Source: Candidatus Sungiibacteriota bacterium (lineage in GTDB: Bacteria; Patescibacteriota; Minisyncoccia; Sungbacterales; SURF-37). Taken from it: a stretch of DNA of 64,000 nucleotides. The notes below the pieces were generated by a model. The model was given only the letters and a program-made list of their open reading frames with translations. It was not told where the DNA came from and did not search any database. Position 1 is the first letter of the stretch. Every line of letters begins with the position of its first letter. The stretch covers positions 1,906 to 65,905 of the forward strand of contig JACPMF010000006.1 in the NCBI GenBank assembly GCA_016186145.1, written 5' to 3'. Made by a program: the position numbers and the translations under genes. Positions 9,406 to 18,705 of the stretch are shown here, in pieces.

Positions 9406-11961
9406 ATGGACAGTCGTATACCATTTGTAAAAGAAGTCGCCAAGGTCATCATTGAACGCCATGAAAAAGAGGGCGGCTCCTTTATTTTTGGTATATCCGG
9501 CAAGTGGGGTGAGGGTAAAACAACTTTTCTGGACGAATTGAAAAAAGTATTGGAAAAAGATAATTCATCATTCAAAGTTGTGGATATAAATCCATGGAAA
9601 TTTTCCGTCGACAGAATTTCTTTTTTGAGAAACTTCCTGCGAACTTTGCACGGAAAATGTGATTTGGGGGGTGACGATGATTTAAAACAGTTAGATGTTG
9701 ATACGTCAAAAAATGCAATCGATTGGGGACGATTTTTAAAATTTGTCGTATTGTTTGGAGTCATTTGTTGGGCTTTTACTTATGCCCCTCTTTTTAATTT
9801 TATAATTGGCCTTCCTGCGCAATGGCAATTTTTTCTAACCGTTTTGTTGCTCCCAATTGTCTTAGCAGCCGTTCAAGGCGTAGTAACTGTCCAAAAGACA
9901 GATCACGCTATAGTTACTTTAGACAAATTTGATGATCTACTTAAAAAAATATTAAAGAATTTTGAGATGGCGGGAAAGAAGATCATTGTTTTTGTCGATG
10001 ATTTGGACCGTGTAACTCCCGAAATGGCGAGAGATGTTCTCGATAATCTGCGGACGTTCTTTGATAAAAAAGAAATGACCTTCGTCGTAACAGGAGACCA
10101 TACAGTACTCGAAGGACATCTCGGGAGAAGTCTTCTTCCCGACGAAGAATCTTCTGCTGCTCAGCTAGAAGAAGGACGTAGATTTATGAAGAAAATCTTT
10201 AATGTTTATTGGCGACTTCCACTCCCAATCAAAAAGGGGATCCAAGACTTTATTGGAGGTGAGTTCAAAAAGAGGGACTCAGGGTTGAAAGAAGTGTTCT
10301 CTGAAGAGAGCCAGAAAATTACCTTCGCTACATATCTGGAGAAATATTTTGAAAGTAATTTCAGGCAAATAATCAGATTTTTAGACACTGTTCTTTTTAA
10401 TTTTCAAATCATAAAACAAAAAGCTGAAGGCGAAGACACACAAGCTCCTTACTTCAAGGATATGCTGACCAATCCGCTGCTTGTGATACGTATTCTTATA
10501 ATCCAAGAGTTGTGCGCCCCTCTTTTCGACAAAATGGTTAGAGATGTTTCCATTTTGCAGGGGCTTGAATACGCAGTCGAGAAAAAGGATTCTTCTAAAA
10601 CAACTGAGATCCTAGGACAAGGCAAGGATACGCTTTCTCCTAGTCAACGAGCTTTTATAGAAAAGTTTATTTATGAGGAACCACGTTTTTACAAAGGATC
10701 TCGCCTACAGGTCTTAAACCTTCAGCCCTATCTATCGTTAGCTGCTGACGTAAGCTTCGGCGATCAGCGTGGTCCGTCCAGCGAAGACTTTATTACGGCA
10801 CTTAACGGAGGAGATCCCAAGGGAGTAAAAAATGATCTCCTTTCAATGGGAGATGCAAAAGCAGAGGAGGGCGCAACTGCTTTGGTAACCCAGCTACCCC
10901 CCATGATTGATGTTACTCAAAAATTGGGCGCAATAAAAACACTTCTTGTCGCCTTGTCTGATTCACCCACCGAATTAACCATACATAAAATATTTGCTGA
11001 TCAATTAAGCAAGCTTGATTACCATTTTGTAAATAATGCTGCGTCTAATCTAAAAATGGAAGTTTTAAACCTTCTCTTTGGTTGGCTCGACCTGATTTCA
11101 GACCCCACTGTGATAAGTGCGTTTGAAAGTAAATTTACTCTGAAGGATATTACTGAATTTAATGCTGTAAATATTGAAGGAGCAGGTTCTTTCAAAAGTT
11201 TGGTTTTGGCGAAATGGATTAAGGAGTATTACTCTAAGCAAAAACCCGATGCCATAAACGCTATGGTTGCACACTTTCCAAAACTAAAAATTGAGAAAGT
11301 GAGGGAGCAAATGGATACTATTGATAAAATCTTGGTTACTGACCTTATTGGAGACTCCAACGCACTGTTAAGGGAGAACCGCTTTGCTTTGTTGAGAAAC
11401 TATACAACTAAAGGGGCTGAGATGCTCAAAGAAAATGTTCTGAACCAAGTTTCTGGTTTTGATCAAGGAATTACTGCGTGGGCTATCGCAAAAGCAAATG
11501 AGGAAAAAGCTCTGTGGACGATAGGTGAGCTTGAGACAAAAATCCTAGAAAAAATTGAGATTTCGGCGGACTTCAATGCCCTTAATCAGGGATTAAGGTT
11601 TGCTTTAACCAATAAAGTTGGATCCCCAGAGATGATTTGGCCCAAGCTTCTTCCTAAACACCAGAAAAGTATTCTTGAAAATTTACCAGCAATTATTGAT
11701 GACGCTTCACTTCAACCGATTTCACCACCACAAGCTTATGCAAATCAACTTATGGATGCAGTAGTAGCAAAAATTAAGACCATTCCGGAGGCTGACCAAG
11801 CCCGCTGGCTTAGTTATATAGTTAAAGGTAAATGGCCTTGGATTAATCTGGCTAAATACCCTATTACCAGTAAGTTTAGAAATATGAAGAAGTCTAAAAA
11901 CGAAGATCTTAAGAAGAATTTTGCAATTACTGAAGAAAGCTGGGTAGAGAAAAATGATTGA
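9406..11961 (+). CDS. KAP-family P-loop NTPase
   Basis: Walker A GKWGEGKTT and Walker B IIVFVDDLDR. Two TM helices inserted between them are the KAP hallmark. Starts 4 nt after hsdR. Confidence 0.8.
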   Translation: MDSRIPFVKEVAKVIIERHEKEGGSFIFGISGKWGEGKTTFLDELKKVLEKDNSSFKVVDINPWKFSVDRISFLRNFLRTLHGKCDLGGDDDLKQLDVDTSKNAIDWGRFLKFVVLFGVICWAFTYAPLFNFIIGLPAQWQFFLTVLLLPIVLAAVQGVVTVQKTDHAIVTLDKFDDLLKKILKNFEMAGKKIIVFVDDLDRVTPEMARDVLDNLRTFFDKKEMTFVVTGDHTVLEGHLGRSLLPDEESSAAQLEEGRRFMKKIFNVYWRLPLPIKKGIQDFIGGEFKKRDSGLKEVFSEESQKITFATYLEKYFESNFRQIIRFLDTVLFNFQIIKQKAEGEDTQAPYFKDMLTNPLLVIRILIIQELCAPLFDKMVRDVSILQGLEYAVEKKDSSKTTEILGQGKDTLSPSQRAFIEKFIYEEPRFYKGSRLQVLNLQPYLSLAADVSFGDQRGPSSEDFITALNGGDPKGVKNDLLSMGDAKAEEGATALVTQLPPMIDVTQKLGAIKTLLVALSDSPTELTIHKIFADQLSKLDYHFVNNAASNLKMEVLNLLFGWLDLISDPTVISAFESKFTLKDITEFNAVNIEGAGSFKSLVLAKWIKEYYSKQKPDAINAMVAHFPKLKIEKVREQMDTIDKILVTDLIGDSNALLRENRFALLRNYTTKGAEMLKENVLNQVSGFDQGITAWAIAKANEEKALWTIGELETKILEKIEISADFNALNQGLRFALTNKVGSPEMIWPKLLPKHQKSILENLPAIIDDASLQPISPPQAYANQLMDAVVAKIKTIPEADQARWLSYIVKGKWPWINLAKYPITSKFRNMKKSKNEDLKKNFAITEESWVEKND

Positions 11962-12084
11962 GTGGTCTATATCATAGCTGGAGGTTAATGAGCGATGGGG
12001 TAAGCTATCGACTAGGCATATTAAGCGGCCGGTTCCATGGTTCGTTACGAAAGAGAAGAGGATTTAATTAAACTGGTTACGTAG

Positions 12085-13488
12085 ATGTTTACGAGTGAGA
12101 ATTTTAAAAAAGTTGCTGATCTTGTCTATAAAGATTACTACAAATATCTCTTTAAGCACGCCGTATCTTTATTGCGACGTTCGAGACTTCCGTATCTTAG
12201 AAGGAATAATCTTTGGATAGGTGGAATTCAGCAAAACATGGTTAAATATAGACTCGGATTTGAAGAAACGGTCAGAAAGGGTAAGTCGATGGTCCCAAAA
12301 GACGACAAGGAGAAAAAAGCATTAGATATTGCACTGAGATCAAATAAAGAATTCCTCCGTGTCTTGAAGGATATTGGTGATGGTATTGCCTGGAGAAATC
12401 TAGACTATAGACGCTCATTAATTCGACTTATGTCGGAACATGCACCGACTGGCGATATTGGTCCGGATGCAGAGCGACTTATTTTGCTTTTAGGCGCTAG
12501 GAAAAAAGTAAGCGACCGAGTGATAATCAACGATTTGACCCACTGTCTAAAGATCGCCGATTTAACAGTTATCACATCAAAAAGTAGAATCTTTATTTAT
12601 GAAGTAAAGGCGCGAAAAGATAAGACCGAGATTATAGGTATATCAGAAATTTCAAGACGTATCCAAAAATATGGACAGGCAAGAAAGCAGGCTATTTCGC
12701 ACTGGATAGTTCAAGACGCTTTTATAAATAAAAAAGTTAAGACCCCCAAACTTGAAATAAGAATCGTAGATTTAGACTTTGTTTTTCACACTCACATCAG
12801 TAAGGTAAATCAATTGATTAAAGAGTCGGATAACAAGAACTTCTCCAACGCATTATTGGAAGGGGGATACCACATAGAAATTTGTGCGTTGGACAAGGTT
12901 TTTGAGAAATCAGGTCAGGAAAAAATTAAGGAACAATTGAATAAACTCAAGCCCTTTAATCCCCATAAAGAAGGGTGGTCCGATATGACACTTTGCATCT
13001 CAAACTATGATACCTTTTATTCGAGCATCAACGACAGATTTACGAATTTTACGCCGTATTCGGTTCTACCATTATCTGCTCGAAACTGCGTTAGGTTAAC
13101 GATGGGGCAACTTTATATTCGTATCTGCTTCGATTTTATGAAGTTAAAACAGAAATTCGAAGAAGCTGGATGGAGTGTCGAGGTTAAAGACTGGACATCA
13201 TGGGAATCTCAAAACAAGGAAACCATCAGAAAAATTAGGGAGGGTAAGGGTGGTTTCTTAGAGCATTCAGTTAATGAGTATATATTCAAAATTTCTAAAC
13301 AAGGCGAGAACGGTAGGTATACCCAGGATTTTCCGGTAAATCTAGTGATCATTATGCTCTCGGCTTTTTATACAACGGACTATCTCATTGGTATGGCCGA
13401 GGCTGTTTATCAAGATGCAAAATTAAACAGCCGAGGTGGTGGTTTATCAACGTTTAATTGTCTATATGAACGATGTATTTTAAGATGA
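12085..13488 (+). CDS. hypothetical protein with a PD-(D/E)XK-like nuclease motif
   Basis: 467 aa with low GC. LKIADLTVITSKSRIFIYEVKARKD fits the D...ExK core. Confidence 0.5.
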   Translation: MFTSENFKKVADLVYKDYYKYLFKHAVSLLRRSRLPYLRRNNLWIGGIQQNMVKYRLGFEETVRKGKSMVPKDDKEKKALDIALRSNKEFLRVLKDIGDGIAWRNLDYRRSLIRLMSEHAPTGDIGPDAERLILLLGARKKVSDRVIINDLTHCLKIADLTVITSKSRIFIYEVKARKDKTEIIGISEISRRIQKYGQARKQAISHWIVQDAFINKKVKTPKLEIRIVDLDFVFHTHISKVNQLIKESDNKNFSNALLEGGYHIEICALDKVFEKSGQEKIKEQLNKLKPFNPHKEGWSDMTLCISNYDTFYSSINDRFTNFTPYSVLPLSARNCVRLTMGQLYIRICFDFMKLKQKFEEAGWSVEVKDWTSWESQNKETIRKIREGKGGFLEHSVNEYIFKISKQGENGRYTQDFPVNLVIIMLSAFYTTDYLIGMAEAVYQDAKLNSRGGGLSTFNCLYERCILR

Positions 13489-13581
13489 TCCCTGCTCGCG
13501 GCGAACGCTGGTCCTATTCAGAATCAGAGGATTCGACAGCCGGCTGGCGTAGAGCATTGAACTGTAATTGAATAAAATCAT

Positions 13582-14235
13582 ATGCTAGACGCTGAAACAT
13601 TCAAAAAGTTTACAAGGCAAGCCAACCTTTCTCATCAGCAGTTTTGTGTTTGGTTCGCATTTAACAATGAGTATGCCAAACACCAGGATCGTTGGAACAA
13701 ATTTTATCCCGAAAGTTACTTTGCACCGGAAGATTTTGATAAGACGAAAGGATGTAAGTATAAAAACTTCTGGGGTGTAACTTTGGCCTCAACGCAGCAC
13801 GGCTGGATTCTGGGAATAGCAAGACTCTTTGATCCCGCATTTCATCCTTTTGATAAAAAACAGGAAAAACCTCGAATCTCTTTCGACTATATTCTTAGAA
13901 GACTTAATGATCAAAACTTGTCAGATAAACTGAGGCAAGAGTTAGATTGGCACAAAAATGTAATTGAATCTGTAAGAAAACATAGGGATAATGTTCTTGC
14001 GCATAACGATGCGAGCTTTGATTATAAAAAAATTGGGCCAGGAATTGAAAATCTTTTTGAATGGTTAGAAGATGTTATTTCAAGAATAAAAAAAACAGAG
14101 CCACACCTTAGTAGTTGTGGTGTAGTGAACGTTAAGTATCACGAGAAATTATCCCAATGTGGCGTAGATGAGGTTTTTGAAACTTTACTGCTTGGGGAAA
14201 AGCATGAGGTAGATGAGTCGAGGAGAACCTCATAA
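13582..14235 (+). CDS. hypothetical HEPN-like (Abi-type) protein
   Basis: 217 aa. RKHRDNVLAH fits the Rx4-6H HEPN motif (AbiD/F-like R..RN..AH). Confidence 0.4.
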   Translation: MLDAETFKKFTRQANLSHQQFCVWFAFNNEYAKHQDRWNKFYPESYFAPEDFDKTKGCKYKNFWGVTLASTQHGWILGIARLFDPAFHPFDKKQEKPRISFDYILRRLNDQNLSDKLRQELDWHKNVIESVRKHRDNVLAHNDASFDYKKIGPGIENLFEWLEDVISRIKKTEPHLSSCGVVNVKYHEKLSQCGVDEVFETLLLGEKHEVDESRRTS

Positions 14236-14250
14236 AAGCGATGATCATAT

Positions 14251-14655
14251 ATGTTTCCACTGGAAACTAAATCTTACGAAGCAAAATCGCTAGCCGACTC
14301 TTTGCTTGGCAATCCGTATCTCCAAGTTGAGTCCGCAGAACTCCCCGAGAGCGGAGGAGTTTATTTGTTCAGAAATGATGCAAATGAAATAGTATATATA
14401 GGCAAGGCGCGAAATCTAAAGAGAAGAATCCGCATTGACCACTTAAGCCAGGAACTGGGCGATACTATGAGTGCTTTTAGAAGAAGCATTAATAAGGTGC
14501 TTGGAATTCCTTTCGGCCATGAGATGAAAAGCTGGATATGCAGCAATTGCAAAATTTCTTTCATCCAGATAGATGATCCAGATATGCGCAGTTTGGTGGA
14601 GGCGCTTTTAATCGCTGCCGTCAGATCGAAGTCATTGCTCAATCATGATAGTTAG
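14251..14655 (+). CDS. GIY-YIG nuclease domain protein
   Basis: GVYLFRNDANEIVYIGKARNLKRRI. Lies 16 nt downstream of the HEPN-like gene. Confidence 0.7.
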   Translation: MFPLETKSYEAKSLADSLLGNPYLQVESAELPESGGVYLFRNDANEIVYIGKARNLKRRIRIDHLSQELGDTMSAFRRSINKVLGIPFGHEMKSWICSNCKISFIQIDDPDMRSLVEALLIAAVRSKSLLNHDS

Positions 14656-14674
14656 TGTTCACGGCATATGAAAT

Positions 14675-14709
14675 GAGACACACATAGTAGTGTCTCATTT
14701 GTCTCATTT
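14675..14709 (+). terminator. rho-independent terminator
   Basis: Hairpin GAGACAC-8 nt-GTGTCTC followed by ATTTGTCTCATTT. Confidence 0.6.
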
Positions 14710-14910
14710 AGGTTAAAATGACCTAGACCGAGACCCTTCACTATAGAGAAGGGAAGGATCTCCAAAGAAGCTCTAAGGTATCCCACTCGGGTTGGTTCTA
14801 GACTGGAGTGGCCAGCCACCTTGCGACCCCTACCGGGACGCCTGCCTGCCGGCAGGCAGGGGTCAGGCGTCGTAACGCTTGACTCGTCAATGTACGAAAT
14901 TTGGTCGCAA

Positions 14911-14987
14911 GACTCGTCACCATTTATGGCATACCGGCTGAGTGCCGTATTCAAGAACGAAAAACCACCAATGTCGGTGGTTTTTCG
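14911..14987 (+). repeat. R1 repeat copy B with terminator hairpin
   Basis: gactcgtcaccat..ggcataccggctgagtgccgtattcaagaacgaaa, then CCACC-AATGTC-GGTGG and a T-run. Confidence 0.8.
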
Positions 14988-15056
14988 TTTTGTACAAAAT
15001 AAACATGTTTTGATTCCGATATTTATTTTTCTGAGCTTATAAATTAGATTTAGTCT

Positions 15057-15953
15057 TTATTGGATTCCCATGGGGTTGCCAAATACCGGTACAAAGTTGG
15101 TTGGTTCTACTATGTTTCCTGTTTCCATTCCAATCGCTCGCATATCCGAAGAGTTCTCGATGCCGATGGCTATTCCATTCTCAGTACTATATGTATTGGC
15201 ATTTGGGTCTATATCAGCCTTAATCATCAATGTCTTGCTTAATCTCTCCGGTGTAACGAGCAGGAAATCCAAGCTAATCACGGCTTTGCCGTCTAAGAAA
15301 CTGCTCGCTGTTCCGATTCGGGTGCTGCCGTCAAAAATCTGAATGTTGAGAAGGTCGGCATCTGTCCCGCCGTTTCTTGTCAGCGTCAGTTGCTGGATTC
15401 CTACATTTTCGTTTCCAGCAGTAAAAGTAATCGCGCTAAAGTTATTCCATGCACTCCCGCGCTCATAGTAGGCAGACGGAGGTGTATTTGGAGAAAGCGC
15501 GACCGTAAGCGGTGCGGGAGTTTTTGGTTGAAGCGTTCCATGTACTTCCGTGTAGGCGATAACCATGCCGTTAGAATTTTTTGCCTCAACGCGAACCGTG
15601 AGCGGCACTTCGGTTTTGCTCCTCAAAACATTGGCGTCAAGAACGATGCCGAACCCGTATTTGCCCGCAGGGCGCAAGGACGGAAAAACTTGTTCCACAC
15701 CCTGCGATATTTGTTTGCTGTCAGTTGATGCGGAGACGATAAGTTGGCCGCCCAGTTTCAGGATGGGGCCGTCCCAAAACCCTTTAGCAATAGTGCCGCC
15801 GATAGGAAGCGTGTCTTGCTCTCCGGTAATTACGAATCCTTCAGAAAGCGAGGAAATCATTATTGGCCCGCCTGCCGCGCCCGTAAAAAGAGGTAGTAGC
15901 GAGATACCAATGATTATTGCGAATGATGTTTTCATATAAGTATATTGTAGCAT
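15057..15953 (-). CDS. secreted hypothetical protein
   Basis: 298 aa with an N-terminal signal peptide (SFAIIIGISLLPLFTGAAGG). Confidence 0.6.
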   Translation of the reverse strand: MLQYTYMKTSFAIIIGISLLPLFTGAAGGPIMISSLSEGFVITGEQDTLPIGGTIAKGFWDGPILKLGGQLIVSASTDSKQISQGVEQVFPSLRPAGKYGFGIVLDANVLRSKTEVPLTVRVEAKNSNGMVIAYTEVHGTLQPKTPAPLTVALSPNTPPSAYYERGSAWNNFSAITFTAGNENVGIQQLTLTRNGGTDADLLNIQIFDGSTRIGTASSFLDGKAVISLDFLLVTPERLSKTLMIKADIDPNANTYSTENGIAIGIENSSDMRAIGMETGNIVEPTNFVPVFGNPMGIQ

Positions 15954-15964
15954 ATTGAAAGGTT

Positions 15965-18061
15965 TTACTCTATTGTCAGCGGAACGGTTATTTGTCTCCC
16001 GTCTCTTAAGAGCAGACCAATAAAATATTCTCCGGAGGATATACTTTCTGGTATGAAAACGCCATTTATATGTGGTTCACAACTTGTTTTAAAAAAATAA
16101 TTAAGATTGTTTAAAGAAATTGTCATATTTAACACTATATCATCGAATCCCAAGGTGTTATCTCGAGAAAGTATTAATGCGGCGACTTCATCCTGTTGGA
16201 ACCCCGCGCTTGCACTTTGAAACCTTAAAAACCCTCCTTTTGCAACACTGTTGACACACAGTTTAAATTCCTTTACGACCACATTAGAAGGTTGATGCGC
16301 AGGCTGAAAAAGTATTTCCACCGCATCCGCTCGTGTTTTGAACTTTTTAATTTTTTTTAATAAATCATTTTTAGGTATGATTACAGGATCGTCATCGAGA
16401 TTGATCCATTGGTTGGATAATAACCTTGCGAGGGTTTCGATAGTAATATTTTCGTCTGATATTTCTGTGTGCGAAAATTTTGTCATGCCGCGGTCGTCTC
16501 TTTTTTCATGATTGACCACTTCGCTACGCCTCTCATTTTCTTCTTTAGTTAAACAAATAACTCCGAAAAGATAATGATTTGGAATTTGCTCATCGTGAAT
16601 TAAGTTGAAACTCGTATGATTACCTCTCACGCTAGAAAAACTCGGCTCGGGTAAATAGTCAAAAGTACTCCCATAGCTATTTATGTTGAAGTGAGAACAA
16701 AAATTGCTAACGTATAGCGCGTTATCTATGTCCCATTTTATTTCAGTAGTCGACGGGAAAGAAGATACCATGATGGGGCCATCGTTTCCGTTAGCCTTGA
16801 CCCCAACATAAGGATTGATAGGAGCACAAACATCCTGTGGTACGGCCACCTTCACGCCATCAGAAACTATTGTATGACTAGAAAAATCTCGCGCGTTATA
16901 ATGCTCTACCTTTAGAACGTATTCGTATGTTTTCCCAGTAACAATTGTTCCATCGCCGTATTCGGTTCCGTTCATTGAAGACAGACTGTGTATTTCTTTG
17001 CCATCTCGATATATAGTCTGGGACGCAATCAAATCGCCAGCCGGAATTGAGTCCAAATTCCACTCTAAGATAACAGTGGGAACAGCTCCTGTATTATCAG
17101 CTCCACGGTCACAATATGTTTTATAACGAAGATTTACCGTCTTTCCTTGCACCGCAATTGAAGATAGCTGTTGAGTTGCGGGTGGTTGTTGGTTTTTTTG
17201 CGGTTGTTCGTCTTCTTTTTGTTTTGTTTCTGTAGCTGGCCTTGTTACAATTTGAGTACTTTCCTTAGCAATTTCATGATGTTCCAACTCATTTGCTATA
17301 AGTTTTGCAATCTCCTCCGGAGCGGAGACACCAGTTTTTACTAATTTGTTCAACTCAACAAGACCAAACGCAAGTTTTGTTGCGGAAACTTTAAGGCCGA
17401 CTTCTTCGGAAATGGCTTCGGCAACTTTGCTGACAATCACATCTTTTGCCGCGTTTCTATCTGCGGTGGAAACGCTTTTGAATTGCGAGTCAAGCCAGTA
17501 ATTTAAGAGCATACTTTCAGCCCCCATCAAGGTGCTACCGAACTTTCCTCCAGCGGCCTTTCCCGCAAGCCCCGGAATACTTGCAGACAATTTTCCGATT
17601 TCATGCTCAATCTCTTGAGCTTTCTCTATGTTTCGGCTCCATACCTCCAACGCCGCGGAATCATAGAGATGCCAAAGGCGCTGGTAGGAAGTACTTCGTT
17701 CAATGTGCTCGTTGGCTATATCGGTATTACCGCTTATAAGAAACTTTTCGGCAATGCCGAGTTCCTGCAAAGCGTAATTTTTATAAGCGTGCGCGGAAAG
17801 ATAAAGTTCATTGTATTCGTCTAAGTGCGGCTGGCGTATTCCGAGAACAAACCATTTGCGCACGTTATTTAAAAACCCATCTGCTGGTTCAATGATTAAA
17901 TTAGGCGAGTCCGGCGTCTCAAGAATTATTTTTCTTGATTGCGAGATAACATTTTTGAGGTCCGGCATCTCGATGGCATTCGCTTGAGAAAAACTAAAGA
18001 TGAACCAGCCAGATATGACCAGCATTGTTGAAATTACAAATATGATTGGGTGTCTTTCCAT
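15965..18061 (-). CDS. large secreted or membrane-anchored hypothetical protein
   Basis: 698 aa. N-terminal TM/signal segment and a Q/P-rich linker. The segment around TVNLRYKTYCDRG..TYEYVLKVEHYN is a beta-sandwich, possibly fibronectin type III-like. Confidence 0.6.
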   Translation of the reverse strand: MERHPIIFVISTMLVISGWFIFSFSQANAIEMPDLKNVISQSRKIILETPDSPNLIIEPADGFLNNVRKWFVLGIRQPHLDEYNELYLSAHAYKNYALQELGIAEKFLISGNTDIANEHIERSTSYQRLWHLYDSAALEVWSRNIEKAQEIEHEIGKLSASIPGLAGKAAGGKFGSTLMGAESMLLNYWLDSQFKSVSTADRNAAKDVIVSKVAEAISEEVGLKVSATKLAFGLVELNKLVKTGVSAPEEIAKLIANELEHHEIAKESTQIVTRPATETKQKEDEQPQKNQQPPATQQLSSIAVQGKTVNLRYKTYCDRGADNTGAVPTVILEWNLDSIPAGDLIASQTIYRDGKEIHSLSSMNGTEYGDGTIVTGKTYEYVLKVEHYNARDFSSHTIVSDGVKVAVPQDVCAPINPYVGVKANGNDGPIMVSSFPSTTEIKWDIDNALYVSNFCSHFNINSYGSTFDYLPEPSFSSVRGNHTSFNLIHDEQIPNHYLFGVICLTKEENERRSEVVNHEKRDDRGMTKFSHTEISDENITIETLARLLSNQWINLDDDPVIIPKNDLLKKIKKFKTRADAVEILFQPAHQPSNVVVKEFKLCVNSVAKGGFLRFQSASAGFQQDEVAALILSRDNTLGFDDIVLNMTISLNNLNYFFKTSCEPHINGVFIPESISSGEYFIGLLLRDGRQITVPLTIE

Positions 18062-18314
18062 CGAAGTTAAAATAACATGATTTTGTGTTTAAGGTAAGTG
18101 CTTTCGCCTAACCAGCTATTTTCAACAGTTCTTGGTCCAACTCTTTTCCTAGTAGACGCGGCGGGACGCCTTTCGGTAAATGTGACACTACCAAGAACCT
18201 CTCCCGTGTCATGTTTGTAACATTTGCATGGGGCTACGGTTCGAATCCAAGAACCCCCCGTTTTTCGGATTCACACCACTAAGGTCTAAAACAAAGGGCC
18301 ACGCATGAACAAGA

Positions 18315-18342
18315 TAGACATCAAACAGCCTCTTTTTATAGT
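18315..18342. repeat. 28-bp direct repeat, copy 1 (tagacatcaaacagcctctttttatagt)
   Basis: Identical to 20477-20504. Confidence 0.9.
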
Positions 18343-18459
18343 ATGACTCGGACCCCCCATATTTAGACACAAAGGCCGGAAAGTATTCAGGGCGGAAAGC
18401 TGTTAACCTGTTCTGCTGCCCTTTTGTTTGCTTGTCTATTTTGATATAATTAGAGGAAT

Positions 18460-18699
18460 ATGGAAAACAAGTCCAAAACGATCATTATCGCGACAGTCGT
18501 GGTTCTTGTAGTAGCGGGGGCCGGCTTTTGGTATTGGTCAAAGAGCAAGCAGGCCCCGTCTTCAAAAGAAGCTTCTTCGTTAGGGGGCGAGATCTTTGAT
18601 AAAACGCAAAATCAACTTCAGGGCCAGGTTCCGGATACTAATCCCTTCAAAGACCAGAGGAATCCTTTAGATTTAATTTATCAAAACCCTTTTGAGTAA
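18460..18699 (+). CDS. small membrane protein
   Basis: 79 aa with one TM helix. Confidence 0.4.
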   Translation: MENKSKTIIIATVVVLVVAGAGFWYWSKSKQAPSSKEASSLGGEIFDKTQNQLQGQVPDTNPFKDQRNPLDLIYQNPFE

Positions 18700-18705
18700 T
18701 TAAAA

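Noticed and set aside
18062-18459. A complete tRNA gene in the divergent intergenic region
   Set aside because: Only a perfect T-loop (GGTTCGAATCC) is present. The flanking bases do not form a T-stem, D-arm or acceptor stem.
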